Below, piece after piece: positions 46,530 to 56,082 of a stretch of 64,000 nucleotides of DNA. The translations under genes were made by a program, and so were the position numbers. A model generated the notes under the pieces. It ran no database searches. It saw nothing but the letters and a program-made list of their open reading frames with translations, and was not told the origin of the DNA. The stretch covers positions 1 through 64,000 of the forward strand of contig CAZLEV010000008.1 in assembly GCA_964558645.1 (NCBI GenBank). Direction: 5' to 3'. Within the stretch, counting starts at the first letter, position 1. Each line of letters starts with the position of its first letter. Source of the stretch: an uncultured archaeon (GTDB lineage: Archaea > Asgardarchaeota > Thorarchaeia > Thorarchaeales > Thorarchaeaceae).

Positions 46530-48613
46530 TGTCTCACACAAGGGGTGGCCCGGGCAGATGGACTCGAGAGAAACGCAAACGAAGCCGTTCAGTCGGTCTT
46601 CTGCTCCGGCGAATGCTTGGATACTTGGGGGCCTTCAAGAAGATAGTTGCTATAGCCGCGGTGCTATCACTGATGGGAACCTTCTTTGCTGTCATTGATC
46701 CCTTGGTCTTGAGATGGGCGATAGACGAGGTCTTCAGTGCCACAACGACCATGAATGTCCTAATCTATTTGGTGATGCTCTATCTCGTACTCAAAGTTGT
46801 ATCCTGGATACTCAATAGCAGCAATACGTGGATACTTGCCAGTGCGCAAGCAGGACTAGTTCAAGAGGTGCAGTCCGATCTCTACGCCCATCTTGTCGAG
46901 GCAGACCTTTCCTATCACAAGTCTGAGGAGAGCGGAAACGTGACTTCCAGAGTCACATCCGATACGGATGCTCTTGGTATTGGCATCCAGGCAATCGTCG
47001 ATTTCAGTAGCCAGATCCTGTTGATTGGCGGGACCTTTGTTCTCCTGTGGACCACTTCTCCAACCATAGCATTGACTTCACTAGTTGTGATTCCGGGTGT
47101 TGTCTTCATCGCAGTTCTCTTCGGAACTGTAGGTCAGCGTATCATGCTCGCGTCGCGAAGAGCCTATGGTGCAGTATCCGGAAGGATTGCTGAAGACTTG
47201 AGTGGAGTTCAAATTGCAAAAGCATTCAACCGTGAAGATGAGTTGGCAGAAGAGCTGCAGGAACTTAACGAAGAGGCATATCATCATGGCTTCCGCTTCA
47301 TGATATTGATGAGCGCGATGCAGCCTCTTATGCGGTCAATGGGTCAGATTGGCATAGCTGCTGTCCTCTTTGTGGGTGGATCTATGGTCACCGGTACCAC
47401 ACCGCTTCTCACCGTGGGTGAGCTCTTTCTGGGTGTAATGCTTGTCAATCGGTTCATGTGGCCGATTCTCGGTCTTGCGCTGATGGCAACAGAGGTCCAG
47501 GCATCATTGGCCGCCATGGATCGAATATCTGATGTCCTAGAGTCAAAACGAGCTATTACGGACGAGCCGGATGCCATTCCCCTGAAACCTGAAAGCGATG
47601 GTATCCGATTCGAGGATGTGACCTTCTCCTATGTTGAAGGAGAAGAAGTGTTGAAAAACGTCACATTTGAAATCGAAGCGGGCAAGACTGTCGCTGTGGT
47701 GGGGCATACCGGGGCCGGTAAGACCACAGTTGCAGCACTGATCAATAGGTTCTATGACCCGGAAGCGGGTCGGATACTCATCGGTGACCAAGACCTTCGG
47801 AAAGTGACTCTTGAATCTCTGCATCAGAATGTCTCTCTCATTCCACAGATACCGTATCTCTTCGATGGCACAATAATGGAGAACATCCGTTACGGAAACC
47901 CCGATGCAACAGATGAGCAGATCAAGGAGATATGCAGACTTATCGGAGCAAGTGAGTTCATTGAAGTACTTGCTGATGGTTACAACACACTCGTGATGGA
48001 GAACGGCAAGAACCTAAGTGCTGGTCAAAGGCAGATGATCACCATCGCTCGAACTATGCTTGCAGACCCGAAGATTCTCATTCTGGATGAAGCCACCAGT
48101 CGCCTTGATGCCTACAGTGAGGCTCTGGTGCAGGAAGCTCAAGAGATACTCTTCTCAGACAGGACAACAATGGTCATAGCCCATCGCCTCACCACAATCG
48201 CCCACGCATCCAGGATTCTAGTCTTTGAGGACGGTGAGATTGTGGAGCGGGGAACACACAAGGAGCTGCTCGACCAAGACGGAGTATTTCGTAGACTCTA
48301 TCAAAGCTACTATGCCCATCAGGGTATTGACGAGCTGACAGAGGAGCTTGCCAGGGTCGCTGAGAAAGAGGTCTCCCGATACGGTAGCAAAGAAGGCTCT
48401 CTCATAGCGCATGGAGGTATGAACCCTCAAAAAGGAGGTATGGCTAGCATGTTGAGTGGAACTGGACCCGACGGTGAACGGATTGTCGAGATGAGCGAAA
48501 TGCTGCCCCCAGATTTGATTGAAGAGATTCATGACAGCGATGGTAAGATATCTCCTGACCTCAAAGAGAGAATCAGGAAGGCTCTGGAAGACACTCCAAA
48601 GGAGGCCGAATAA
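46529..48613 (+). CDS. ABC exporter subunit (TMD+NBD) carrying the consensus site
   Basis: GHTGAGKT, LSAGQRQ, ILDEATS, IAHRL; TM287/288-type heterodimer with its neighbour. Confidence 0.93.
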   Translation: MSHTRGGPGRWTREKRKRSRSVGLLLRRMLGYLGAFKKIVAIAAVLSLMGTFFAVIDPLVLRWAIDEVFSATTTMNVLIYLVMLYLVLKVVSWILNSSNTWILASAQAGLVQEVQSDLYAHLVEADLSYHKSEESGNVTSRVTSDTDALGIGIQAIVDFSSQILLIGGTFVLLWTTSPTIALTSLVVIPGVVFIAVLFGTVGQRIMLASRRAYGAVSGRIAEDLSGVQIAKAFNREDELAEELQELNEEAYHHGFRFMILMSAMQPLMRSMGQIGIAAVLFVGGSMVTGTTPLLTVGELFLGVMLVNRFMWPILGLALMATEVQASLAAMDRISDVLESKRAITDEPDAIPLKPESDGIRFEDVTFSYVEGEEVLKNVTFEIEAGKTVAVVGHTGAGKTTVAALINRFYDPEAGRILIGDQDLRKVTLESLHQNVSLIPQIPYLFDGTIMENIRYGNPDATDEQIKEICRLIGASEFIEVLADGYNTLVMENGKNLSAGQRQMITIARTMLADPKILILDEATSRLDAYSEALVQEAQEILFSDRTTMVIAHRLTTIAHASRILVFEDGEIVERGTHKELLDQDGVFRRLYQSYYAHQGIDELTEELARVAEKEVSRYGSKEGSLIAHGGMNPQKGGMASMLSGTGPDGERIVEMSEMLPPDLIEEIHDSDGKISPDLKERIRKALEDTPKEAE

Positions 48614-49390
48614 CTAGTTCGCAACCTCGAGTCTTCCGGCTATACTAATAGAGCCACCCATGAGGATGTATACCTCTGTTGCTATGAGCCTTGAGAGAAT
48701 TGATGTAGGGTCGCTAGAGAGGACACACCACGAGAAATACTGGACGATGAACAGAAGCGACGCAATGAAGGAGAAACCAAACGGAAGAACCAACAATCCA
48801 CTTCTGAATGTCCACAACAGAACAGCAAGGATTCCTACTATCATCAGGATACCAACGCCTACGGGAATACACACTGCAATGTCTATGAGAGTTCTACCCG
48901 GGGAGACGATTGCACCGAATATCTGAGTCAGGAGAACTCCTGAAACTGAAACAAGTGTTATCAGGAGCAGTATGTCTCTCGGTTTCGCTGCAGCTATCGT
49001 GTTCCGGCAGACAATGAGATACCTAGTGGTGCCTATTCCCCATAGAAGAACACCCGGGATGAGGAGGAGGGATATTGTGAAATAGAACTCCTGGCCCCTT
49101 GGCATGCTTGATATGATTGTCGTTCCAATCTCAGCAAGGGTCAGGACGATAAGCCCCAAGGCGAGAAGAAGATTCATCGAGTTGAATCTATCTTCGAGTC
49201 CATAATCGTTTCGTGCAAATCTGATGAGGCCCAGAACTCCCGGTACCAGAGCTGCAATCGGAGCAGAGATGTTCAGAAACATAATTGGGCTACCGACAGA
49301 TTCCGACGAATCCAAGGCAAGGACGATGATGAGCATCGATGCCGCGAGCAGGACGAACACAGACACAACATAGACCATCTCCTTTTTCAA
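48614..49390 (-). CDS. 7-8-TM membrane protein, sensor-domain-like
   Basis: Almost entirely hydrophobic helices; LALGL...LAEI pattern. Confidence 0.6.
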   Translation of the reverse strand: MKKEMVYVVSVFVLLAASMLIIVLALDSSESVGSPIMFLNISAPIAALVPGVLGLIRFARNDYGLEDRFNSMNLLLALGLIVLTLAEIGTTIISSMPRGQEFYFTISLLLIPGVLLWGIGTTRYLIVCRNTIAAAKPRDILLLITLVSVSGVLLTQIFGAIVSPGRTLIDIAVCIPVGVGILMIVGILAVLLWTFRSGLLVLPFGFSFIASLLFIVQYFSWCVLSSDPTSILSRLIATEVYILMGGSISIAGRLEVAN

Positions 49391-49469
49391 TATCGTCCCA
49401 TCCTTATCTCTCTGAGCAGAACTGGTTGAATTTGTTTCTTGTGTTCAGCCTCTATCATCTCATAGGTTT

Positions 49470-50672
49470 CTAAGACGGTTGAGCTGTGAGTCTTTCCCAC
49501 TCCACCTCATAATTCAAGGTGGGAAATTGTCTCTCTACATCATCTCTGGTGTGTTCTAGTATCTGATTGATTGGATTCACTCCAGTGTAATCACTTATCC
49601 TCTTTGTGATGAACTGGAGCAATGCTCTGAAGCCCTCACTCAGATATCCGGGAGATAGTTTGTCTCGCATAGTTGCTGATGTCAGAGAGCTCCTTATCTC
49701 CACATCTACTCCCTCTTCGAGGTCTACCAAGTGCAACCAAGAATACTGCCCTGTCAGTTTTCCCCTTGAATCATAGAAGACTTTTTTGGCAATGCCGAAG
49801 CCAAGAATCCTTGCGCAATGTTTCAAGACGGATTGGAGAACCGATGAGTACAGGACCAGCCTGGCCTGTGCGGGAGATACTCTTTCTATTGCCTGTTGTT
49901 CAGCCAATTGAGCAATCTCATCGAGGAAGACTCTCATATCTGCTGTCTTGACACGTTCGGCGGCAATAGAGAGTGGGGTTTCTCCGTCGAGCTGAGAGAC
50001 GGCTTTCTCTGTTTCCCACGAGACTGATGTCGGCCCTCTCTCAGACTTCATCAGGGATGTCGCCTGGTAGATGTCGTCAGGCCTTACCGGCGTCGACAGA
50101 GAGATGGTCTTCTCCCAGAGTGCCTCAGCCACCAGATCCAGTGCAACGTCCAGTGGTATCTCAAGAAACTCTGCCGCCTCTTTCACGCTTATCCTGTCGG
50201 GAAGGAGTTTGAGGAAGGCTGTGACTTCGGGGTCGCTGGTAATCATGTCCCAGTTCAGTTTTGGTCGGATGATTGAGTCGGGGTCTATCTGGTCCCGAAT
50301 CAACTCCTCAATTACGTGCTTCTCAAATCGAGTATACACAGCCAAGTCCATGTCAACCCACCTGAGCAGGCCAAACATATCCTCGAATCTCCTGACAAGT
50401 TTCCGGAGTTTCTCCCTAAGGTCTTCGGAATCACGTCGGACCGAGAGTGCCCCCAGTGCCCATTCACCGAACTCAACAACTATCTTGTAGTCGGTTCCTT
50501 CGAAGGCTCTGGCCTTAGATGTGATAGAGTTTGTGGCCTCATCGAAGAACGAGGTCATGGCTACAATGAACGACGATATGAGGTGTGGATCAAAGATGCC
50601 TTGGGCGAAATCTTTGTGGTACATACAGACGCCCGTTTCGCGTTTCATGATGTACAGGCTCCTTGCATCCAT
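49470..50672 (-). CDS. Longin domain plus tandem winged-helix protein (NPRL2-like architecture)
   Basis: N-terminal LYIMKRETGVCMY.K.F....DPHLISSFIVAM.SF longin pattern; wHTH-like ISVKEAAEFLEI and LDGETPLSIAAE. Confidence 0.7.
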   Translation of the reverse strand: MDARSLYIMKRETGVCMYHKDFAQGIFDPHLISSFIVAMTSFFDEATNSITSKARAFEGTDYKIVVEFGEWALGALSVRRDSEDLREKLRKLVRRFEDMFGLLRWVDMDLAVYTRFEKHVIEELIRDQIDPDSIIRPKLNWDMITSDPEVTAFLKLLPDRISVKEAAEFLEIPLDVALDLVAEALWEKTISLSTPVRPDDIYQATSLMKSERGPTSVSWETEKAVSQLDGETPLSIAAERVKTADMRVFLDEIAQLAEQQAIERVSPAQARLVLYSSVLQSVLKHCARILGFGIAKKVFYDSRGKLTGQYSWLHLVDLEEGVDVEIRSSLTSATMRDKLSPGYLSEGFRALLQFITKRISDYTGVNPINQILEHTRDDVERQFPTLNYEVEWERLTAQPS

Positions 50673-50834
50673 GTAACTCTCTCCGCTGGATTTGTTTCGT
50701 TATGCGGTCCCGTTCGAAACAACCATGTCCAGCTGTTTCAACTTTGCTGCTTTTGAGTATTCTACTGACGTATGTCAAGAAGAGGATATGTCAAGTTCCC
50801 AAGTGCTATAAGCAGAACTCCAGTTCTGCCCGGT

Positions 50835-51440
50835 ATGTCCGAAGAGCAGAACATCAATTGCCCAATATGCGGAACGGGCAGGCTCACCGTCAGCTCGATG
50901 TTGTATAGTGTTCCTTTCTTCAACGAGCTTGCTATGTTCACGATGAGATGCAACACTTGCAATTTCACACACAATGATGTCTTCTCTGCAGAGGACAGAC
51001 CACCAAGTAGATGGACTCTTCATGTGGGCAATGAGCGGCTTCTTCGGGTTCGCGTTGTACGTTCTAGTTCAGGAACCATCAGGATGCCGGAGTTTGGAAT
51101 CGTCATAGAACCTGGCCCCGGTGCTGATTCTTTCATCTCCAATGTTGAAGGAGTACTCTCCCGGACACGCCCTGTGGTCGAGACCGCTGTTCGATTCGCG
51201 GATAAACCTGAGGAGAAGGCCAGAGGGAGAGAGGTGATCGCTATGATTGACGAGGCGCTCGCGGGCAATCTCGAGTTCACTCTTGTCATCGAGGATCCAG
51301 TGGGCATTAGCGGCATTCTTCCGGAGGATATGTCGCTGGTTAGTTTTGACGAATTGACAGAAGAAGAGGCATCGAAACTCAGAGGGGCTCCTGGTTGGCT
51401 GGATACGGTTCGGGATGAGTATTCGGAGCGTAACGGTTAA
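50835..51440 (+). CDS. zpr1: Archaeal ZPR1 zinc-finger protein
   Basis: CPICG...VPFF...CNTC; RVVRS...I..PE.G..IEPGP...FISNVEGVL; FTLVIEDP.G.S. Confidence 0.92.
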   Translation: MSEEQNINCPICGTGRLTVSSMLYSVPFFNELAMFTMRCNTCNFTHNDVFSAEDRPPSRWTLHVGNERLLRVRVVRSSSGTIRMPEFGIVIEPGPGADSFISNVEGVLSRTRPVVETAVRFADKPEEKARGREVIAMIDEALAGNLEFTLVIEDPVGISGILPEDMSLVSFDELTEEEASKLRGAPGWLDTVRDEYSERNG

Positions 51441-51472
51441 AAAACAACCCAGAACTGATTCTGAACAGGCGT

Positions 51473-51549
51473 GGGCCGATAGATTAGCTCGGTAGATCGC
51501 TTGGTTTGCATCCAAGAGGTCGCGTGTTCAAATCACGCTCGGTCCACCA
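51473..51549 (+). tRNA. tRNA-Ala (anticodon UGC), intron-less, CCA encoded
   Basis: Acceptor GGGCCGA/TCGGTCC with the G3:U70 Ala determinant; D stem GATT/GATC; anticodon arm CTTGG-TTTGCAT-CCAAG; T arm GCGTG-TTCAAAT-CACGC; ends ACCA. Confidence 0.96.
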
Positions 51550-51757
51550 CTTCTTGTTCATCCCACACTGGGTATTGTGTTTATGTCTATACTGCAGAAA
51601 AGCTGTTCACAGCTTAGAAATCAAAGAAATACTGTGGGAACTAGCTGATGATCAGATTCCTGCATAATTGATTGCTCTCTTCCATGCCCGAAGAGGCGGT
51701 TTAATCCAAAACGATATATAGCGCTACTTTTGGCCTGCAACAAAGAGGCAAAAGCAA

Positions 51758-53887
51758 ATGTCTGAACTGATATTTCTATTAATAGGCATAGTTTCCGGCC
51801 TTCTTGCAATTTTCACTGCCCTATATATGTTCCAAAAAGTCAAGACGTTCGACGAAGGGAACCAAGAAATGAAAGAGGTCAGTGGATTGATTGAGAAAGG
51901 TGCATATGCTTTTCTCAAGATTCAGTATCGTATTCTCTCGGCCTTTACGGCAGTACTAGCAATTCTGCTAGCTCTGGCCTTTGGCCAGCTTGGAATCCCG
52001 ATTGCTGTTTCATATGTGCTTGGCTCAATTGCAAGCATGATTGCAGGTTATGTCGGCATTATTATCGCAACAATTGCTAACAGACGAACAGCTGCAGCTG
52101 CTGCTTCAGGTGGACTGAATCCAGCCTTCAATGTAGCATTCAAGGCAGGCTCTGTTATGGGACTGATGATTGCGGGCATTGCCCTGGCAGGTCTAGGATT
52201 CCTCTATATACTATGGAACTCGCTGCTCGCACTCACACCCGTTCTCATCTGGGAGGTTGTGACCGGTTTCTCATTTGGAGCGAGTACAGTGGCACTCTTC
52301 GCCAAAGCTGGTGGCGGAATCTACACCAAGACTGCAGATCTAGCTGCCGATATAGTGGGAAAGATTGAGCACAATATTCCCGAAGATGATGCTAGAAATC
52401 CCGCCTCGATAGCTGACGCAGTGGGTGATAATGTAGGTGATGTTGCAGGGACTGGTGCAGACATCTATGACAGCAACGTCGCTGCGATACTGGCGGCAGC
52501 CATCATTGGCGCTGCAATTGACGCTACTCTCGCTCCTGCCGTTTCCTTTGGGCTTCTACCTCTGATGATTGCAGGTCTAGGCACTTTTGCATCGGTCATC
52601 GGAGTGTTTCTGGTTCAGCCGAGAGAGGATGAAGACCCTGGCCCCGTCCTGAATAGAGGGACCTACATAACTACCATTCTGTTTGTCATCTTTACGGTAG
52701 TAGTCACTTGGCTCATGGGTATCGATCTGACGATTGCGGCATCCGCCACACTTGGTCTCATCGCAGGTGTCATAATTGGTGTGACCTCCGATGTCTTCAC
52801 AAGTGACAGAGGGATAGGCGGGTTCAAGCCTGTTCCTACCATGGTTGAGTCTTCGACAAAGAGTGCAGCAAATCTCATTCTCTCAGGATACTCCTACGGT
52901 CTGCTGAGTGCTGTCCCGTCAGTAATCGTGATTGCTGGAGCCCTTGTGGGATCCTTCGTTCTTGGCACTTCTGCAACAACCCTCGGACTTGGCACTTGGG
53001 ACGGTGGAATATACGCCGTGGCAATTGCTGCAGTGGGTCTGCTGGCGACAAACGGAATGATCATGAGTTCCGATGCCTATGGTCCCATTGTAGATAACGC
53101 AAGAGGGGTCATTGAGCATGCACATGTGGGCGAACAGGCGCTCATTGACTGCGACAAGCTGGACGCAAGCGGGAATACGGCAAAGGCAATAACCAAAGGC
53201 TTCGCGATTGCCGCATCAGCGATATCAGTACTGGCTCTCTTCTCGGCATTCATTGGCTCAGCAAGGGAGTTACTTGGGTATGAGCTCATTGTAAATTTGG
53301 CAAACCCATTCATTCTAGCCGGTGGTTTCATCGGAGCATTGGTACCTGTTACATTCTCGGCAATCTTGATTCTTGGTGTTGGAAAGAACTCTGAGCGGAT
53401 GATAGCTGAGATACGAAGACAGTTTGCAGACGACCCTGGTATCCTAGAGGGCACATCCCTGCCCGATTATGACAAATGCATCCAGATAGCAACTTCTGGA
53501 GCAATACGAGAGCTTCTTCCAGGTACAGTCATTGCCATAGTAGTGACCATCATCACAGGTTCAATGCTGGGAATAGAAGCAGTGGCAGGGTACTTGGGCG
53601 GTGCAGTCATGGTTGGCATGATAATGGCTTTGCTGATGTCTAACGCGGGTGGGGCCTGGGACAATGCCAAGAAGATAATAGAGTCTCCCGAATCTCCTGT
53701 CCCAGCTGATGATCCGCGCTATGCGGAAGTCCACGCAAACGCTGTGTTGGGTGATATGGTCGGGGATCCGTTCAAAGACACTGCGGGGCCGTCTATCAAT
53801 ACTCTGCTGGTAGTTATCTCATTGACGGCAACACTGTTCTTGCCAGTCATGGTACAGATACATCTTGCGCTACTGGCTCTGTTCTAA
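51758..53887 (+). CDS. hppA: Membrane-bound ion-translocating pyrophosphatase, K+-independent type
   Basis: GGGIYTKTAD..AD.VGK.E..IPEDD.RNP..IAD.VGDNVGD; GNTAKAITKG; GGAWDNAKK; GD.VGDPFKDTAGPS. Confidence 0.95.
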   Translation: MSELIFLLIGIVSGLLAIFTALYMFQKVKTFDEGNQEMKEVSGLIEKGAYAFLKIQYRILSAFTAVLAILLALAFGQLGIPIAVSYVLGSIASMIAGYVGIIIATIANRRTAAAAASGGLNPAFNVAFKAGSVMGLMIAGIALAGLGFLYILWNSLLALTPVLIWEVVTGFSFGASTVALFAKAGGGIYTKTADLAADIVGKIEHNIPEDDARNPASIADAVGDNVGDVAGTGADIYDSNVAAILAAAIIGAAIDATLAPAVSFGLLPLMIAGLGTFASVIGVFLVQPREDEDPGPVLNRGTYITTILFVIFTVVVTWLMGIDLTIAASATLGLIAGVIIGVTSDVFTSDRGIGGFKPVPTMVESSTKSAANLILSGYSYGLLSAVPSVIVIAGALVGSFVLGTSATTLGLGTWDGGIYAVAIAAVGLLATNGMIMSSDAYGPIVDNARGVIEHAHVGEQALIDCDKLDASGNTAKAITKGFAIAASAISVLALFSAFIGSARELLGYELIVNLANPFILAGGFIGALVPVTFSAILILGVGKNSERMIAEIRRQFADDPGILEGTSLPDYDKCIQIATSGAIRELLPGTVIAIVVTIITGSMLGIEAVAGYLGGAVMVGMIMALLMSNAGGAWDNAKKIIESPESPVPADDPRYAEVHANAVLGDMVGDPFKDTAGPSINTLLVVISLTATLFLPVMVQIHLALLALF

Positions 53888-53896
53888 ATGAACTCG

Positions 53897-53950
53897 GTAT
53901 GGGGGCGGCTCCTCAAGGAATCGCCCTCGTATCTCTTCTTTATTCTTCCT
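53897..53950 (+). terminator. Hairpin plus pyrimidine tract after hppA
   Basis: TATGGGGGCGG.TCC-tcaa-GGA.TCGCCCTCGTA stem followed by CTCTTCTTTATTCTTCCT. Confidence 0.55.
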
Positions 53951-54019
53951 CGTGTCCACGCAAACAGAACACAGTGAATCGCCAAAGGTCTTAACAGACT
54001 ACGAATCTCAGATAGAGGT

Positions 54020-54361
54020 ATGTTCATCGGGGACTATGAATTCGGCAGAATTATCATCAACGGTAAGGCATACACAAACGATGTGATCATAGTGGGCGAT
54101 ACAGTTCATGCGAACTGGTGGCGGAAGAGCGGTCACGAACTGCATATGGATGACCTATCTGAGATCACTGAGGCTGAACCCGATGTGCTTGTGGTCGGAA
54201 CAGGATACCATGGACGAATGAGAGTCCTCGAATCTACCAAGAAGGGGCTTGAGCATATTGGCTGTGAACTCGTAGTCCAGAAGACGAACGAAGCCGTCGA
54301 AACCTACAACGAGCATGAATCCAAGCGAAAGGTGGCGGCTGCTCTTCATCTGAGCTGCTAG
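54020..54361 (+). CDS. Mth938-like domain protein
   Basis: FG.I.I.GK.Y..DVII, WWRK.GH, VVGTG..G.M, T.EAV..YN, ALHLSC. Confidence 0.9.
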   Translation: MFIGDYEFGRIIINGKAYTNDVIIVGDTVHANWWRKSGHELHMDDLSEITEAEPDVLVVGTGYHGRMRVLESTKKGLEHIGCELVVQKTNEAVETYNEHESKRKVAAALHLSC

Positions 54362-54702
54362 GGAAACCAAGAGTGCATCAAAAGCTACAGCAGAGCTGAA
54401 TTGTACTGTATGAACGTTTGGGCAATAAGGGGATATCAATTCTGTTTTTGTGTATCCGGTCGCTGAACTCTCGTCCAGTGTCATCGCAGGACTCAAGGAG
54501 TTCGACCTAGTGCCATTTCTGAGAGCACAACACTCTTTGTTCCAAGACTGTCCAACTTACGATGGATTGTTTGGCATTTCCTCTGAAGAACTGCTTCATG
54601 TTACTCGGATGCGCGTCCGCCCATGCATCTTGCGTTTTCGTACTTGTTCTGACGTTCCCCCAAACGGATAAATATCAAGACAGCTATACATTGAGATGCC
54701 TT

Positions 54703-54957
54703 AGAGGAGAGGAGAAAGTACTCTGTGGCGCACTGGGAGGGGGCGCGCCACGCCAGTAAAAAATCGGACTCAGTCTATTTTTCTGATGATCTCATAACTT
54801 CTTCTGTTCGGAGACAAGCACTCTTGTCTGCACGCTGTATGACATCACTTATGAAATCACGATAGGTGAGTTTCAGAAAGAACAGAGAAGTTGGGTCGGC
54901 CCAGAAGAGAAGAGAAAGTAGGTATATTCGCGTGGTTAGGAGGGGGGAGATTGCGAA
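54703..54957. repeat. Two imperfect direct repeats 200 nt apart, each a purine tract followed by a hairpin with a GGAGGGGG loop
   Basis: AGAGGAGAGGAGAAAGTA (54703-20) vs AGAAGAGAAGAGAAAGTA (54903-20), 16/18 identical; stems GTGGCGC/GCGCCAC and TTCGC/GCGAA. Confidence 0.5.
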
Positions 54958-55135
54958 GGAGACTAGATCTCCTTCATGGTTTTCTTCTGAACCAACCCGT
55001 ATCTGAGATTACGGAGCGTTCCATTTTAAGCATTGAGATAGATGCATATTTAATAAACACGACGCCTATCAAAACTAAGTAGGTACTGCATACTGGAGCG
55101 TGTTTCTACTATTTCTCAACCATATGTCCAAGCTA

Positions 55136-55879
55136 CTAAGTTATGTTTCTGGGACTCTCCCTTCTTCGTGATGTTTCTCTTCGAATATCTCCACGCACAC
55201 CTATCGTGAAGGACTGCAGCGGAATCCGTTTGCCTGACCGGAATATGGCGTCTTGAGTCATCTTCAGGATACCTCTGCAGCATGGAACCTCAAGATGTAG
55301 TACCGTGACGTCTTTGATATCGTTGGCGCTAAGGAGTAGGTATAGCTGTTGTACATTCGTGTCATAGTTCTCGAACTTCGGGCAAAACATCACAACAACT
55401 CTTCCCTTGATGAAGTCATTGTGTATACTGGAATAAGCCAAGCTTGCACAGTCGGCCACGATAAGTAGTCTTGAGCCATCTAGGGCGGGATGCTGTGGGC
55501 TCACAAGTCTGAGTTTTACCGGCCATTGATTGAGATAAGAGGGTGTGTCCCCACTTGGGGGAATTCCGTAGTCAGTTTGGTCTATCTGTTCAGTGCCATA
55601 GACTAAGACTTGCTCTAACTCGTCATCAGCTGGTTTCTTCTGAGTGATATGCTCCATTGCGGCCTCCTCATCAAAAGGAACCGTTTCTCTTTCAACAAGT
55701 GTGAGGGCACCTGTGGGGCAGTGACCAATGCATGCTCCAAGCCCATCACAGAAGCTCTCAGCTACGACACGCGCCTTGCCATCCACCAGTTTCAAGGCAC
55801 CTTCCTCGCAGTTGGGGATGCAGTTTCCACAGCCGTTACACAGGTCTTCATCTATTTTGATCATTGGTCGTCTTACCAT
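55136..55879 (-). CDS. 4Fe-4S dicluster protein with a C-terminal Cys-containing domain
   Basis: CNGCGNCIPNC.EGA, CDGLGACIGHCP, QWPVKL.LV, ADC, CPK, EVPCC.G. Confidence 0.88.
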   Translation of the reverse strand: MVRRPMIKIDEDLCNGCGNCIPNCEEGALKLVDGKARVVAESFCDGLGACIGHCPTGALTLVERETVPFDEEAAMEHITQKKPADDELEQVLVYGTEQIDQTDYGIPPSGDTPSYLNQWPVKLRLVSPQHPALDGSRLLIVADCASLAYSSIHNDFIKGRVVVMFCPKFENYDTNVQQLYLLLSANDIKDVTVLHLEVPCCRGILKMTQDAIFRSGKRIPLQSFTIGVRGDIRRETSRRRESPRNIT

Positions 55880-56082
55880 TGCACGCCACAGTTGTACATC
55901 GTTAAGAGATATAATAAAGGTAGTAGTTACCAAATGGGAAGTATAACATTCGTTAAGACTATTCATCTGGCTCCGTTACATGAAGCCGACACAGTAGCAG
56001 TTGGGCCAGGTGACCGGCCTTGGTCAGAGACTCGCAACAAAACATACTGACTAAGTCTGACGAGCTGGGAGCTCAAAGGCTC

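Noticed and set aside
44685-48613. Degenerate ABC motifs as a sign of inactivation
   Set aside because: This is the expected asymmetric arrangement of heterodimeric exporters
51473-51549. tRNA-Ala as an integration site
   Set aside because: No integrase, no duplicated tRNA 3' end noticed, and the flanks are housekeeping genes
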